A DNA stretch of 64,000 bases, from NCBI GenBank assembly GCA_951406725.2, contig OX597815.1, positions 95,604,001 to 95,668,000 of the forward strand, in the 5' to 3' direction. The translations under genes were made by a program, and so were the position numbers. This document shows, in pieces, positions 1 through 13,349 of this stretch. Below the pieces are notes generated by a model, which had not been told where the DNA came from, did no database searches, and was given only the letters and a program-made list of their open reading frames with translations. Origin of the DNA: Octopus vulgaris (Eukaryota). How positions within the stretch are numbered: the first letter of the stretch is position 1; each line of letters opens with the position of its first letter.

Positions 1-440
1 TCAAAATGTTTCCAAGATTTGTGTGCATTGGTTTAAGCATCCACCCATAAACAATGACTTCAGTATTACTATAGTAAGTGACATTATCCAAGATAGTGCA
101 GAGAGAAGACCTCGGTTGCACTTTGCTTACTTTCAGATTTGTAAATAACATAAGTTATTTGTAGCATCTTCAGACATTTTCACTCGTATGATTTGTCATT
201 GGCAAGTTTTAAAAACAAAAGCATTTATATAATATATCACTATTGATAACCTTGAAGAATTTCTTTCTCACTAATTCTAATATAAAGCAAAGCCATCATC
301 TATATTTTACGTCATATGTTTTATGTAAACAGATCAATCATTAATGAAAGGTACTTTCTACGACTTGGAACATCCTACATTTTATCACAGGTATAAATCG
401 CGAATAATCTTGAAACTTGTAACAGACCTTTGATAACATA

Positions 441-850
441 GGCGCAGGAATGGCTCTGTGGTAAGACGTTTTCTTCACCGCTACATGGTTCTAGGTTCAT
501 ATTCATTGCGCTGCAGCTGAGGCCAGTGTGAGCTACTGAAGCTACAATTCGACCAAAGCTTTGTGAGTGGATTTCGTAGACGGAAACGGAAAAAGGTCTG
601 TCGTATATGTGTGCGTGTCTGTATTTATATGCGTGTGTATATTTGTCATTGTGTTTTTCCTCGACCACTGCTTGACAAGTGGTGTTGGTTTGCTTACGTC
701 CCCGTAAGTTAGAAGTTCAGCAAAAGAGGCTGATAGAATAAAGGCCAGGCTGCAAAAAAATCACTATAGTCGATCTGTTTCACTAGACCCTTGAATGTAG
801 TGCCCAGCTTGGCCGTAGTCTAAAGACTGAAACAAAGAAAAGATGAAAAG
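441..850 (+). mobile_element. tRNA-derived SINE (octopus-type family A), diverged full-length copy
   Basis: Head GGCGCAGGAATGGCTCTGTGGTAAG...GGTTCA with A/B-box-like motifs, a central (TG/TA) tract and the tail GACTGAAACAAAGAAAAGA. Colinear with the copies at 35667-36072 and 37998-40667. Confidence 0.85.
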
Positions 851-2174
851 TAAATGGTATGATAAAATAGATGCATCTGAAAATAATTTTTACTGAACAT
901 ATCTACAGATCATTTGTTATAGCATAATTTATTTTAATCATTACGGTATTGTATATTTACAAAATGAAAATTTATGTAGAGATTATGAAAACTGGTATTT
1001 TATTGTTTTGAAGAGCATTGTTCGGATTTTGTGTTATGAAAACATATTGAAGCCCCGTTTTCTCTGTGGTTCATACACATAAATATATGCCTCAATATGC
1101 ACCAGCTAAACTTAATTACATGTAGATATCAATGGCATGGTTTGTCGATTTGCAGAATTAAATTATTCCTTCATATCCAAATTCAATAATTTAGTAACAA
1201 CTAATAACTAATTAATTATATGATAGACACAGATCTTACTACCGTTCGAAAATGTATTACAGTCTACCACGAAAAACCAAATATTCAGTAAATTAATAGA
1301 TCAATAGGAAATAAAGACTTTTATTTATTCAAGAAGGTAGCTTTGTACACACAGTTTAGATTAGAATATTTAAAATAGATATGATTGACTGTTTATGGTT
1401 GCGAAAATCGATGTGTATGTTGAATATGAATTGCCATTCTTAAATCAGAAAACTGTCTTTGTTTAACGTTTGAATTAAAGTACATACTCAGTGCGGATTA
1501 TGTGTTGATAAACAAAGCAATTCGAAGCTGAATTTATCAATGTAAGAATGACACACATACACACAAACACACACATACACACACAGAGGCATGCATATGT
1601 AACACACACACACACACATATATATATGTGTCTATATATATACGGGGCTTCATTACGTGTGCATATGCATGTATTTAAATATGTTTCTGGTGGAGAACAA
1701 GGTAGAACGGCTTAGATAAGAAAACAGATTGATAGATGTAAATTGTATATTTGCATCTTTTTTGCCTTATATCAATTGAAAAGACATTTCATTGGCTGAT
1801 CATGAAAATATCTCTAAAGTCTGATTTTAAAACTGGATTTTGATGCAGTGAATTAGCGAAAAAGCAAGTCTATATACACTGTTAGAGCTCTTTTCAAAAC
1901 AGTGATATGTGATGTTGAATGAATGACTTATTAGCTAAATGAAAAGGTTGTTCTCGATTTTTATTCTAGTGCACGATTCTTATTTTCGTCGACTTATAGC
2001 AATGAAATAATCAGTATAAGATTTTACAATGCATTCTTTTGCGATTTCAGAATCGTACAGCTAGGTAAATGAATGCACGCAACTTCCTTTTTTTGCAAAA
2101 TGGGATGTAAATAATATATAATAGACTCGGTATGAGGACCTAAACTAAAGCCTTCTATAACGTCTGAGTGATAG

Positions 2175-2215
<41 letters not shown>

Positions 2216-2379
2216 CGACAGAGTTTACGCTTTTCTTTCTTTCATATTTTCCTGGTCGTGTATATCTAAACAAATCGGGATGCAGGAGATCATCATGTAA
2301 TTGTTCAAGTGCATGACACAGATTTCAGGCAAGGATTGGTAGTGTGTCAAGTTTAAACTTATACAGTGTACTATACAGG

Positions 2380-3090
2380 AAGCAAAGGCACTGCAATCCC
2401 AAAGTCGCAGGCAGTGATAGACTTGGGGTTCGATATGTGGAATAACGCATCGTTTTAAGATGGCATCAAAGTATACACAACTGGCAAGATGGATACTGAT
2501 GTCCTTCAAAACAAGAGACCAAACTACTATGTTGACCCTGTGGAGAACATTTGTTCTCGGCCACCTGCTCCCAATTATGGTCGCTATACAGTGCCAAACT
2601 AACAGCGCGGCTTGAAGCAGTCCAACGCCACTACAGGGATAGGCTGCGAAGGCTGCAACTTTATTCCCTGGAGCGAAGGTGTGAGAGATAAGCAATAATC
2701 TAGATATGGAAAACTCTAGAAGGGCTAGTACCTAATTTCGGCATTGGTATTGAACGAAAGGTACCATGAACTGCATCTAAATTCAGGATCAGGTACTGTA
2801 ATAGTCTAGGATTCAAAGGCCCACAACACTCCAATGCTCTACCACTAAAAAAAAGAAATCTGCGTTAAGTGGAAGTAGATGTATTCAAAAAGGAACAAGA
2901 CATCCTCCTCTCCACAACATCAGATGAGCAAACAGCCCGAGGGCAGCTGAATCGATCTCCCTTACACACCAAATGGGCCAACAGCTGCGACAAAGGCAAA
3001 TGCAGGAGTAGTGATGCGAAACGCACCAGACTGAGGAAATCAGAAAAACCACGGTGGCGCTCCAGCATCACCGCGATCGCATGGCTGAAA
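2380..3090 (+). mobile_element. CR1/L2-group LINE, 3' ORF2 remnant
   Basis: Broken frames read DLGF.M, ARWILMSFKTRDQTTMLTLWRTFVLGHL, LYSLERRCER*AII*IWKTLEGLVPNFG and VDVFKKEQDILLSTTSDEQT, which are typical CR1-group post-RT motifs. Confidence 0.8.
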
Positions 3091-3639
3091 CGAGTAAAAG
3101 AGTGTAACTTATGTGTTTGGATGAATTTGCATATTGTGCAGAGACTAGGAATCAAATATAATGGAATTGATATCCTGTTTGTGAGAAAAGATATTTCAGT
3201 TAGTTCTCAAAAGTTCCAAACATCTGTTGTCATTCAGATGAATGTGCAATACTTAAACGTTAGCTTTCTATACATGTACTGCATGAGAAGTTAATCAAAT
3301 ATGTACAAAATATTTGGTTGTGAAAAATAGTCAGTATTTTCCGTCATTCATTTAATCCAAAATGTTAATATATTCGATTAACTTATATAATTATTATGCT
3401 ATGAGGAACATATGTTTGCATAAACGCTGTTAGAAAGTATTCGGTGGGATTCATTATATTACTGGAAGAAAACTATTTTTAAAAGTAATAAAAAAAGGTA
3501 CATTGCGGGTTCATCCTCAAAATGTGCAGCAACTTGGCAGCTCTGAAGTAAAAGTGCTTGTTGATGGCGGAGATCTCGACATGTTAAATGTCTGGAAGAA
3601 CATAAGTATATATTCAGACTAACTCCTACCTGTCCGGCA

Positions 3640-4480
3640 TACTAATATCAAATATCAACTATAAGGATTAGTTCTCTTGTCAATGAAAAATTGCAGGAAA
3701 ACAAAAATATATTTCAAACCGATAGACGTTGTGCACTTACAATAAATCATTTGTCGAAAATCTCTCAAAATTATCTAAATAGTTCAAACGGAAAATTGCA
3801 GTCCAACCTATGATATTAATTCTTTGTGGATATTTGAAAATAGATTTAAGTATATGGATGGTATTGCGAAAAGCATTCACTAGTTGAAAATTTGGCATGA
3901 CTACCACTCCCGTATCTGATGTGGAATGCTACAGTTACTTCAGCATAGATGAGCATTTTAGTTGTGATGTAACCTGTGACGAGAAACGCGGGCCAAAATA
4001 TTAAAACACTAATATAAAATAATTTGGTTGTGAAACCACTCAGCATGCAGTAAAACAGTAGCCTACAATATGTTTTCTTATCCCTGCTAACACTTGTTCT
4101 ACAAGACAAAGCACTAGACGAAATCCAGGACAATGTTATTAAAACTCGTAAACCATATTTTGCAACCTCAGATATTTCTTTATCCATATTAATATACAGT
4201 GTGTCTTTCAAAAGCTCAAGCAATGGGACACATGCTTAGAAGTAGAGCAAACTGACTGATAATATCGTATCAGATAGTTCGACAACTAAAATCCACCTCG
4301 TATCAATGGGTTTCCATACATCATATCTATACACTTAGGGAAGAAAACTACTAAATGTGAGCTGGAAAGGAACACTTTCTCTGCAGAACACAACCGGTTT
4401 TTTTACAATTAAAAGTTAAATGCAAATTAACAGAATGTCTTCCTTGGCTATGCTGACAGAGAGACTCGAAAGGATAGTAA
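3640..4480 (+). mobile_element. Highly decayed RTE-like LINE RT remnant
   Basis: EKLQENKNIFQTDRRCALTINHLSKI...FFVDI*K resembles the LR.NQ.GFR..R.C...I..L...FVDF.KAFD block. A later SILIY motif follows. Many stops. Confidence 0.45.
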
Positions 4481-5459
4481 CATAGGTTACTGAAGTCTAC
4501 TCATTTCAACTAACTCCCAGAATATTACGGCTCCGTTTGAAATATACGATTTTACAATATAAGAACAAATAGGTAACAACCAAATAACAGATGTACAGAG
4601 GTGAAAGCGATTAGTGGTTCCGTCTTAGATATTACTATGGGATTAAAAAAAAACAAAGACAATTTTACAACTGGAATATGTTTCATCATACTTCTTCTCA
4701 ATGGAAATGTCCTTGGAGTAATAAACTACAAAAACCACAACAACCACTATATCATATTTTAACTATCGTATCTTATAATAATTCTTTTTCCATTTCGAAA
4801 TATATTTGGATATACAGCCTGAGGTAGGGGAGTGTGTTCATCATTTAGTGTATAAATGGAGATGGGAAAGAGTGATTTACGGGGAAATGAAAATAGAATA
4901 ACAGAAAATGGAGAAAATGTCGATTATAGCGATTAGAAAATCTATGCCGTTTATTAACATGAATATAAGGCTAAAATACTGAAAATGAATGGATTAGAGT
5001 TCTGATTGCGACTACAAAGCCAAACACCAACGCCAGACTCAGAAAACTTCACTTTGCAACAAATAGACTGGATATGGAGAAAATCCAATCTATTCGAAAA
5101 ACCTAGCGATTCCAAGATTTCTTGTAAATATGCAAGTACAAAGCCAAATGCAAAAATGCTGATAGATACAAATGAGAACTTAAACAAAGAGTACAAGAGC
5201 TGTAAGTTCCTTATTCCATCACAATAAATGTTCTCTTTTTCCTGGATAGTAGAAGGTAAATTGAAATCCACTGGGCAGCTGAACTCTACAACCGTGCGTG
5301 ACTGTTGTTCCATGTTCCACAGAACACTATCAAATCTATTACGTTTGCACCTAAATGGTGAGTTTATGGGAGTGTTGCACCATGTATACATGTACGTAAT
5401 GTGGATACGCAAGAGTGTGTGAACTTGTTTACATATATGTATATAAATAACCCCATTCC

Positions 5460-5491
<32 letters not shown>

Positions 5492-5493
<2 letters not shown>

Positions 5494-6450
5494 TTACTAT
5501 GCCACTATTAGCCCGATCGTCCTCAATCAAGTCCTGATTTATAGTATGAAAATCTCAGATATGTCCCGAGGCGAAGTAGATATAATACTTGCGGCGTGAA
5601 ACTCTTTAGTAGATTTTAATGGTAGATTGTGGAATAGATCAGATAGAGAGAATGCTTTCGATATAGCGATGGGAACTTCCATCTCTGCACAAGTCACAAA
5701 CTTTCGTTAATTAATTTTCCTTTTCAGAAATCGCGGGAGTTATATATAGGGATTACGCTCAATTACTCCTCGGCAGAAGTTATAAATTACAAGTAGACAG
5801 CCATAGAAAACATTTCTTTAGATGTTTTAAGATTTTAGGATTCAACATTACCATAGTGTTACTGTATTAATAATAGTAATGAAACAACAGTTCAATAACC
5901 CACCTACTAGAACTAGTACTACTACAGGAAAATATATGTATGAAAATAGCAAAAATGGAGATGTAAACCGCAATGAAAACCACCTGAAACGAGCACATTG
6001 TGATAGTAGTAATAATATCGGTACGGCTAACGTGGTAACAACGTCGGAAAAATCAGTTCAGAACTGCCATATATACAAATAAATATAATAAATGCTCATG
6101 CAGAGAAAAATCAAGATGCTCACAAGGGGAAGACCATAGGTTTAGATTGAAGCAACGGCTGATTCATACAAGAATCGTTACGGCAACCATCTCACCAGCT
6201 TCAAGAGAATCAACAAGAGACATTCAACATATTATGTCGATTGTGTATGACGTCTTAAGGAAGATAAAATTAAGTATTATATAACTTGGTCGATAGTAAG
6301 TCATGCAAAATCATATAATATAATTTCCATGACATGCCGATTCTGCTTCGAGGAATGCCTGTCTATTCTGTGGACCAATGTGAAAATCATGAACAGAATT
6401 TCTGAAAGATCCTGAAGATGCTTACATGCATATAGATGCACTTTCGCACA
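5492..6450 (+). mobile_element. Penelope-like element (Neptune-type) remnant: RT piece fused to GIY-YIG endonuclease
   Basis: RT part: YATISPIVLNQVL...EVDIILAA*NSLVDFNGRLW...FDIAMGTSISAQV. Then an Asn/Thr-rich linker, then CSCREKSRC...DSYKNRYGNHLTSFK...ITWSIVSHAKSY...CRFC (GIY-YIG). Confidence 0.75.
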
Positions 6451-6568
6451 ATGCAGTAGGAAAGAATTTGAGTAAACGTTCACCTTAAAGTGTAGATGAA
6501 TCAAATTTAGCCCTAACCTCCCTATTCTTATAAACATCAAGTAGCTATTGTGTGTGTGTGTGTGCGTA

Positions 6569-6786
6569 TACGAGGGATTGCTGAAAACTTGCTGGCTTCA
6601 AGGATATAGCGAAAGGTTTGATTGGAGACCCAACCTTCTGAATTTTCTCACGGCTCAGAAAAACTGAAGGAGTGTTGCAATAAGTGTGTGAATCTGAAAG
6701 GAGAGCATGTTGAATAAAAACATGATCAACTGACCTTCCTGTATTTTGTTTCACCCAAAGCCAGGAAGTTTTCAGCACACTCCATA
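6569..6786 (+). mobile_element. mariner-derived MITE
   Basis: TIRs TACGAGGGATTGCTGAAAACTTGCTGGCTT / AAAGCCAGGAAGTTTTCAGCACACTCCATA. The internal LRKTEGVLQ/KLKECCNKCVNLKGEHVE* stretch matches a mariner transposase C-terminus. Confidence 0.8.
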
Positions 6787-8541
6787 TACACACATACATA
6801 TAGATGGAATTGGTGTATACTGGACTGCTGGAACTGCAAGAAACAACGGTCAATTTTGATATAAATGACACACTATTATCATAAGATAAAAAGGAAATAT
6901 TTGGTTAGTGTTCTCTAAGCAATTCTTAATCAAATAAAAGTATTGGTCCCTCACTGTGAAATACACGTTTCTGCATCTCTCCACCACTTCAGGCTTTAGG
7001 TATCCCATTTCCTGATATCGGTGACCAACAAACATTGTGTTCACATATAGCCCTCTCCTGAGCCTACTCGACAGTCCTAGCCATGGATTTATTCTACATT
7101 CGCAACAGCAAATGGATGCTAAAACTATGGTATTTGAAATCAGTAAAGTGTAGGATGTACTACACCATCTTAAACAAATGTACATTAGCATAATTTATTT
7201 TCATACAAAAATTAGTAATTTTCTGAATAAGAATTTCTTCAAAGGATTTCCAATCTCTAATCTCGTCAATGTTATGTTTAGCTGCTTTTCTAACGGCTGG
7301 TATGTTCCGGATACCCAACAGATCTTGGATACACTGCTTGTATTTGACACGTTACCCACTTGCCTGGAGGTCGCAGAAAGAAAATGTTTTCACTATGGTT
7401 TTGCCTAATTAGGGATACAATGTTATAATACAGCCCTAAAATAAAGATATAGTAAAGAAATATGTATAACGACTCTACTGTAACTATCATAGTAAAGAAA
7501 GCAAAACGACACACATTCGTTCGTCTCGTTGAGGATTATAGATGTACTCAATCTCTCCGATTTAAATATCAAAAACAGCGTATTTTACATCATCGCAGGT
7601 CATTCCTATTTCACACAAGCCTGAAACGTTCACCGTCTGAGGGAGCAATCCTGCTTATGCACTAATCTGTTAGCGAGGCATATTATTTTTATTGGCTGTT
7701 GTGCGCCTATATTAGTGAGCGATATTTTCAGCCATTTGGAACAGATGGAAATCTGAGGTAATGGTGGCTGCTTTTCTCGACGTAAATCTTCAAAAGAGAA
7801 ACAAAGTAGTAAGGACCATAATTTATTACTAACATAATCATTTTGAAGTGACCTAATAAAAGTTCAGTTGTCGAGGATATATAAGCATAAATCATCGAAA
7901 TTCAATGTAGAATGTTATTAAATGCTTGCAAAGAATATTGGTTAATAGGACGTAACACTTCAAAGCTCTTCGGTAAATACCAAATATATATCTATTACAA
8001 TATTACAATGTTAAATGAATTTTGAATTCTTGTTATTGAATTCTGCAATAGATGTTCTTTGTAGTAAATATCTTCTGATATGATTAATATATTCCCTCTT
8101 CATTTACATTTATTTCATTTTAATACAATTTAATATTTCGATATATATATATTGAGCACAGAGTGTAGAATTCAATCTATAATATATTCATATACATTAG
8201 AAGTATACACATATCATAATACACCTACATATTGAAATGACGTTGATATTTTGTTACACGCTGAATAAATAATCTAATACGGAAAGGCACTTTAATATAC
8301 TTGCTAAAATCATTTACAGGAAGCACAGGGATACAGAAGCAATTCATCAACGAAAATATGAATTCAATCATGGCTTTAACATATTGGTGTTATGATATTA
8401 AACAATCCTTGTCGTAAATATGAGAACGCATTAAACGAATCAATAATGCTGCAAGCAAACATATATTTACACACACACACACTGACAGACAGCTCCCCAT
8501 ACGCATTTATATACGCTTATGTGTTTGCGTATAACGTGGTG

Positions 8542-8581
<40 letters not shown>

Positions 8582-8618
8582 TATATATATATATATGTAT
8601 GTATATATATATATATAT

Positions 8619-8665
<47 letters not shown>

Positions 8666-8819
8666 ACATATATATATGTGTGTGTGTATACACATGTATG
8701 CACGTGGTTTATAGCAAAATTATTGCAACATTAGACGTAACATTTTTTTAAAATGACATAGGTCGCTTAAATTGTATTTGTTTTTCGCCTAAAACGTCTA
8801 AATAAATATGATACTCATC

Positions 8820-9840
8820 AAAATTGTTATCGTAACCGTATACTTGTTCTGCTTCTGATTCCTGCTCTGGAATCCCCTTCGAAAACAGTCAGATATTCTT
8901 TATTTTATTCACTTTTTCACATTGAATGTTATCAAGTGTGACTCCGATATTAAAGACTGATCAGTCGACAGATCAGATATATGTCGAAGACTGTTACACC
9001 TGTGCTGTACAGTCGATGCGGTGTAATGAGAAGAGTAGAGCGCCAATTGCATGATATGTTGTGAAAGATGTATGGGTTTTCCCACTCCCTTGTTCTACCC
9101 TTCCTTTTACTGGCTTCTGAATACCTTTACAATATCTTAATCTACAGTTCATTATTCGAGGTACAAGAACTTTCTAGAAAAGCATTCCCTATTTCCCCCA
9201 AAAGCAACGATAAATGAAAAATCACACTCACTATGTGTTTCTATGCAGATTGCTGGATCTTGAATTTCTTATATCTTGAAGAATGAGGTGTGATACCATA
9301 CTGTGTTTTCTCTTTACGCTCAGAAAGTTGGCCCCACATTTCATAAACTTTCACCAGATGCGCAAAAATACATGTCATCATAGATCGGAAATGACTTAAG
9401 AAATTACCAGAGCATGCTCCCAAACGTTGTTCTTTCAAATCGGTTGTCCATCGTTGAGAAACTGGATTTACACTCGACTTTCGATAACAAATATCTTCCA
9501 CTATCTGCTCTAATGCTTTCATGCCAAATTAAAACAGTATAATAAGCTCCATATTTTGACTCCTCTGTCCGTGCGAATCAGTTCGTCCACTTACAGATGG
9601 TTCGTGTCCGTTGTTGATCTTTGGTACCTGTATGCAATTCTTTAAATTCTTCATCTATCTGCGTTGATCTCGTCAGAGGAGTCGTCACACAAACAAATTT
9701 TTATATTATTCGTATATCGGGTTGCTAACATCGCTTATCCTTCATCAGCCTAATTATGGCACGTTGCTTTTGCACAGAACCAACTATTTTGCAGTCAATG
9801 AAGAACAAGAAAAAATCGTTATAAAAGAGTTTTCTCTACC
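8820..9840 (-). mobile_element. mariner transposase pseudogene
   Basis: Minus strand reads VDELIRTDRGVKI, ALEQIVEDICYRKSSVNPVSQRWTTDLKEQRLGAC (LGYRK..RWVP..LT..K..R motif) and PHSSRYKKFKIQQSA*K (SP..KKFK.Q.SAGK motif). Confidence 0.7.
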
Positions 9841-9860
9841 ATAATGTATCTCTCTCTTTC

Positions 9861-9893
<33 letters not shown>

Positions 9894-9902
9894 ATATATA
9901 TA

Positions 9903-9936
<34 letters not shown>

Positions 9937-9943
9937 AACATAC

Positions 9944-10012
<69 letters not shown>

Positions 10013-10644
10013 CATATATATATACACTCGTTTATTACTCTTCTTATTCTAACTCATGTCCATTGTGCGTAAATCTTTCGCCACACATCTGTGACCTCAT
10101 CAGCGACACATTCTGTGTTCGTGTGTGTTCTTATATATATATGAACTAATGCGATATTCGCATACACACATACACACATATTATCAACATGATATACTTA
10201 ATGGATGTAAGTTGTTGAACACTGAGAACTACAGTGTGTACATTGCGGTATAATGGTGCGAAATCTTTTCATGCATTTACATTCAAATCCCGATTACATT
10301 ACTTCTATCTTCCACGCTTAGAGATTTATGACTTAAAGTATCAATCTAAGTACTGCTGTCCATGGTATTGACTAAAGCCGACCTTTCAAATTTGCGCTTA
10401 AATCAAAAACCGTAATGCAGCCTATATTTGCAGGAGTTGGACTTCATAGTTGAGACTTGTGATGTAAAATTTTTCAATCCGGCCAATCTGTCTTTACTTC
10501 AACCAAGTACACTTATTCACGCTGCAAAGCTCACACAGAATGTGCATTCGCTCGTATTCACAGACATACAGAGAGACAAACAGACAGACAGATACAAACA
10601 CGTACACACATACAAACACAAACACACACATGTATATCGATATA

Positions 10645-11130
10645 TATTGGGTCATTCCATAACTAATGCTGTTTTTTCAATTGCATGCACTAAAGGTCGG
10701 AGGAGGAAGAAATAAATCACCTGCATCATCTTGCTATACGAGCAGGTAGTAATTTTACCTCCTATTTATTCTTAGTAGTTTTGAAAACTGCAGTTCGATT
10801 TTAACACTTACATTTTCAAATCTATTTTGGGGGTGACAAAGTACCCTATTCCGCATATTTTGCTTTAGGAGTTCAATAAAGGAAATAACAGAACGGTAAG
10901 TGCGAGGAAGATTAATGCAGTATATGTGGATCGGACAATAAGCGCATGCCATTGTCAATGGTGGTTCCAGAAATTTCGAGCCGGAAACTAGTCTACAAGA
11001 CGAACCTTTTCGTTGAAAATCTGTAGAGCTCGACGAGGACGTCCTGCAAAACTTGGCGGAACAAAATCCCATCTTAACTGCTGAGGAACTAGCAGAGAAG
11101 ATTGGACATTCAACCAGTCATTCAAGTTCA
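10645..11130 (+). mobile_element. mariner 5' fragment (TIR plus HTH region)
   Basis: TIR-like TATTGGGTCATTCCATAA, then SARKINAVYVDRTISACHCQWWFQKFRAGN and QDEP...VELDEDVLQNLAEQNPILTAEELAEK. Confidence 0.8.
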
Positions 11131-11544
11131 CGCTATATATATATGTGTAAATTTAAAATGAGGCTGAGAAATTAGATATTAATTTAATTAACATCGATTT
11201 CACACCAGCGGTCTAGCATATAAAAAAAATGAAGGTTCAGTAAAATTGCAATATATACATATTTTTATTGCTTTTTCTTTTGTCTTCCTCGATTACGTTT
11301 CGGTTGTTTTGCTAAATGTTTCTTGAGAACATTTCTTAGTGGTAAGACCACAACGGATCTATTTCTAACAGAAGGGGCTCCACATAGTGGTTTCCCTCTA
11401 ATATGTATATATATATATAAAGTAAACAAGATAGACAGAGACGGGCAGAAACAAGAATAATGATCCTCGTATTTGAATACTATGCAAATATACTTTTAAA
11501 AATCCTTTTCATTTAATTTTTGCAAAACTTAATTTTTTCCATGC

Positions 11545-11586
11545 TTACAGTTGAAGAAGTCTCAATGACAGAAACTCGTGTTGAAA
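11545..11586 (+). ncRNA. Degenerate minimal hammerhead ribozyme-like motif
   Basis: TTGAAGA-A-GTC-TCAAT-GAC-A-GAAA-CTCGTG-TT. C3 is replaced by T and stem I is weak. Confidence 0.35.
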
Positions 11587-11664
11587 TGTTTTTTATAAAG
11601 TTATTTTAGCATTTTCTAGTTTTTTCCATATATATATCAACTCGTGTGTTCCTTTAAAACCTTC

Positions 11665-11752
<88 letters not shown>

Positions 11753-12235
11753 CGTGTGTGTGTGTGTGTCTGTGTGTATGTGTGTGTATCCCGACAGGAA
11801 CGAAATGAAAAAATAAAAACTTTTACCATCTAGTTTCCTGGATCCACTCCAGTAGGTCACCAACAGCACTGGTTTCGTTTTAGTTTAGCAAATAAAATAT
11901 ATTCGCTAGGTGAAATCTTCCTCAACATGCACATCTTAGATTAAATATGTAAAACACCAGGCAATCAACTATGTGCCTCTTGTTTATACATCCTAATTTT
12001 TTCAAAATCTACTGCACAGACGAAGCCCCTCGTCGGCAGCAAATAATGCCAACTTTTAAATCTCAGTAGTGGATGCCTTATGTGTTTAAATGTACACTGT
12101 ATTTCATGAGTAATACGTAGTTGTGGATTACATTTTTACACGCTAGGCCAATGGAAGTGAACATTTCTATTAATTTCCATTTCCCTTCGACATGATTAAG
12201 TATATATATATATATACATACATACATACACACAC

Positions 12236-12285
<50 letters not shown>

Positions 12286-12367
12286 ACAGAAAAGCAAAAG
12301 ATAAAGACAGGCGTATAAACATCAAGCAAGTGTATTAGTTTAAATTAGCTCGGGAGGGTGAGAAAAT

Positions 12368-12404
12368 ATTTTATTTTTCGAGCCTATGCTCTTCAACAGA
12401 AAGG
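12368..12404 (-). ncRNA. Hammerhead-like motif with A6U core (repeat family shared with 44866-44902)
   Basis: Minus strand: CCTTT-CTGTTGA-A-GAGC-ATAG-GCTC-GAAA-AA-TA-AAA. Confidence 0.45.
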
Positions 12405-12465
12405 AACACGATGAAATAAGCAGAGAGAGAATAAAAAAAAATCTTTTGGAGCTAGCGTGAATCAT

Positions 12466-13348
12466 GGATGGGTGGAAAGCAACTAGGCATTAGAAATTGC
12501 TTATATATTTTTTTTGTAATCTTGAGTAATAATCTAGCGGGATTATTTTTTCTTAATGTCTTATTTCTTATTTCTTAATGTCATGGTGGTCGGTCGCTTG
12601 GATGTTCAGGAGTGAGCTCAGTTAACAGCTTGCTATGAAGTGTGGAATTCCATTGCTTCGGTTCAGAGATGGCGGCGTGCATGGAAAGGCATGCACGCAA
12701 CGCTACGTTCGGAGAAAATAAAAAGTTTTCATGCAAATCTGATGACCAGAGGCTCTGTGAGCGATGCAAGAAGAAGTGGCCGTCCAATCACATCCCGGTT
12801 AGCGGCGAACATGGCAATACTGTAGGAAATATTTAATCGCAGCCCGCAAAAATCAACACGTCAAACAACTTGTGAAAGTGGAGTAACAAGACTCACAATA
12901 CGTTCGGTGTTGCATAATGAATTAAATTGTCGTCTGTGAAAACCCCATTACGTGCAAGAGATAAAATTTAAAGACTGTGACCGCAGAAGTCAAGAATCTA
13001 AAGCTCCAAGTATTCCAGATCTCACTCTATGTGATTTTCACCTGTAGTGTTACCAAAAAGAGGGAGCTGTGCAAAACAAAACTTCACACACTGGAGGACT
13101 TGGAGACACTGATTCAGGAGGTTTCGAAAGATATCACAGACGACGTCCTTGAGAAGGTTGTTCATTCCATCCCTGGCGGTTTGATAAAACTGTTTGATGC
13201 CACCGGTATTTGCCTTGAAATATGAAGATTTACTTTCATTTCCTCGTGTAATAAAGGACATGCATCATTTGTTTCAATAAATTTGTAGACGGAATGTGCA
13301 TTTTATTATAAATTTTTAATGTCTTCTTACATTTCTCCCACCTTGTAT
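12466..13348 (+). mobile_element. Internally deleted Tc1/mariner element (DUF4817-type N-terminus)
   Basis: SIASVQR...TRGSVSDARRSGRP...FNRSPQKSTRQ...KPHYVQE jumps directly to PSIPDLTLCDF...KLHTLEDLETLIQE. The catalytic DD region is missing. Ends in a CCCACCTTGTA TIR. Confidence 0.8.
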
Positions 13349-13349
13349 A

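Noticed and set aside
4954-5422. ORFs 5006-5422 ending near a GTGAGT donor-like site
   Set aside because: There is an in-frame stop and no recognisable domain. At best it faintly resembles a decayed RLE C-terminus.
6545-6871. Minus-strand ORF superficially like a DD37D transposase
   Set aside because: Better explained as the antisense reading of the mariner MITE at 6569-6786.
6950-7420. Possible piggyBac remnant on the minus strand
   Set aside because: Only vague motif echoes, and no TTAA/TIR was identified.
8392-8751. Many ORFs rich in IY, CV, HT, ER or N repeats (also near 9844, 14217, 20712, 36595, 58979, 61985)
   Set aside because: They are translations of microsatellites, not genes.
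9700-9750. CTGATGA on the minus strand
   Set aside because: It lies within the mariner remnant, has GATA instead of GAAA, and the stems are poor.
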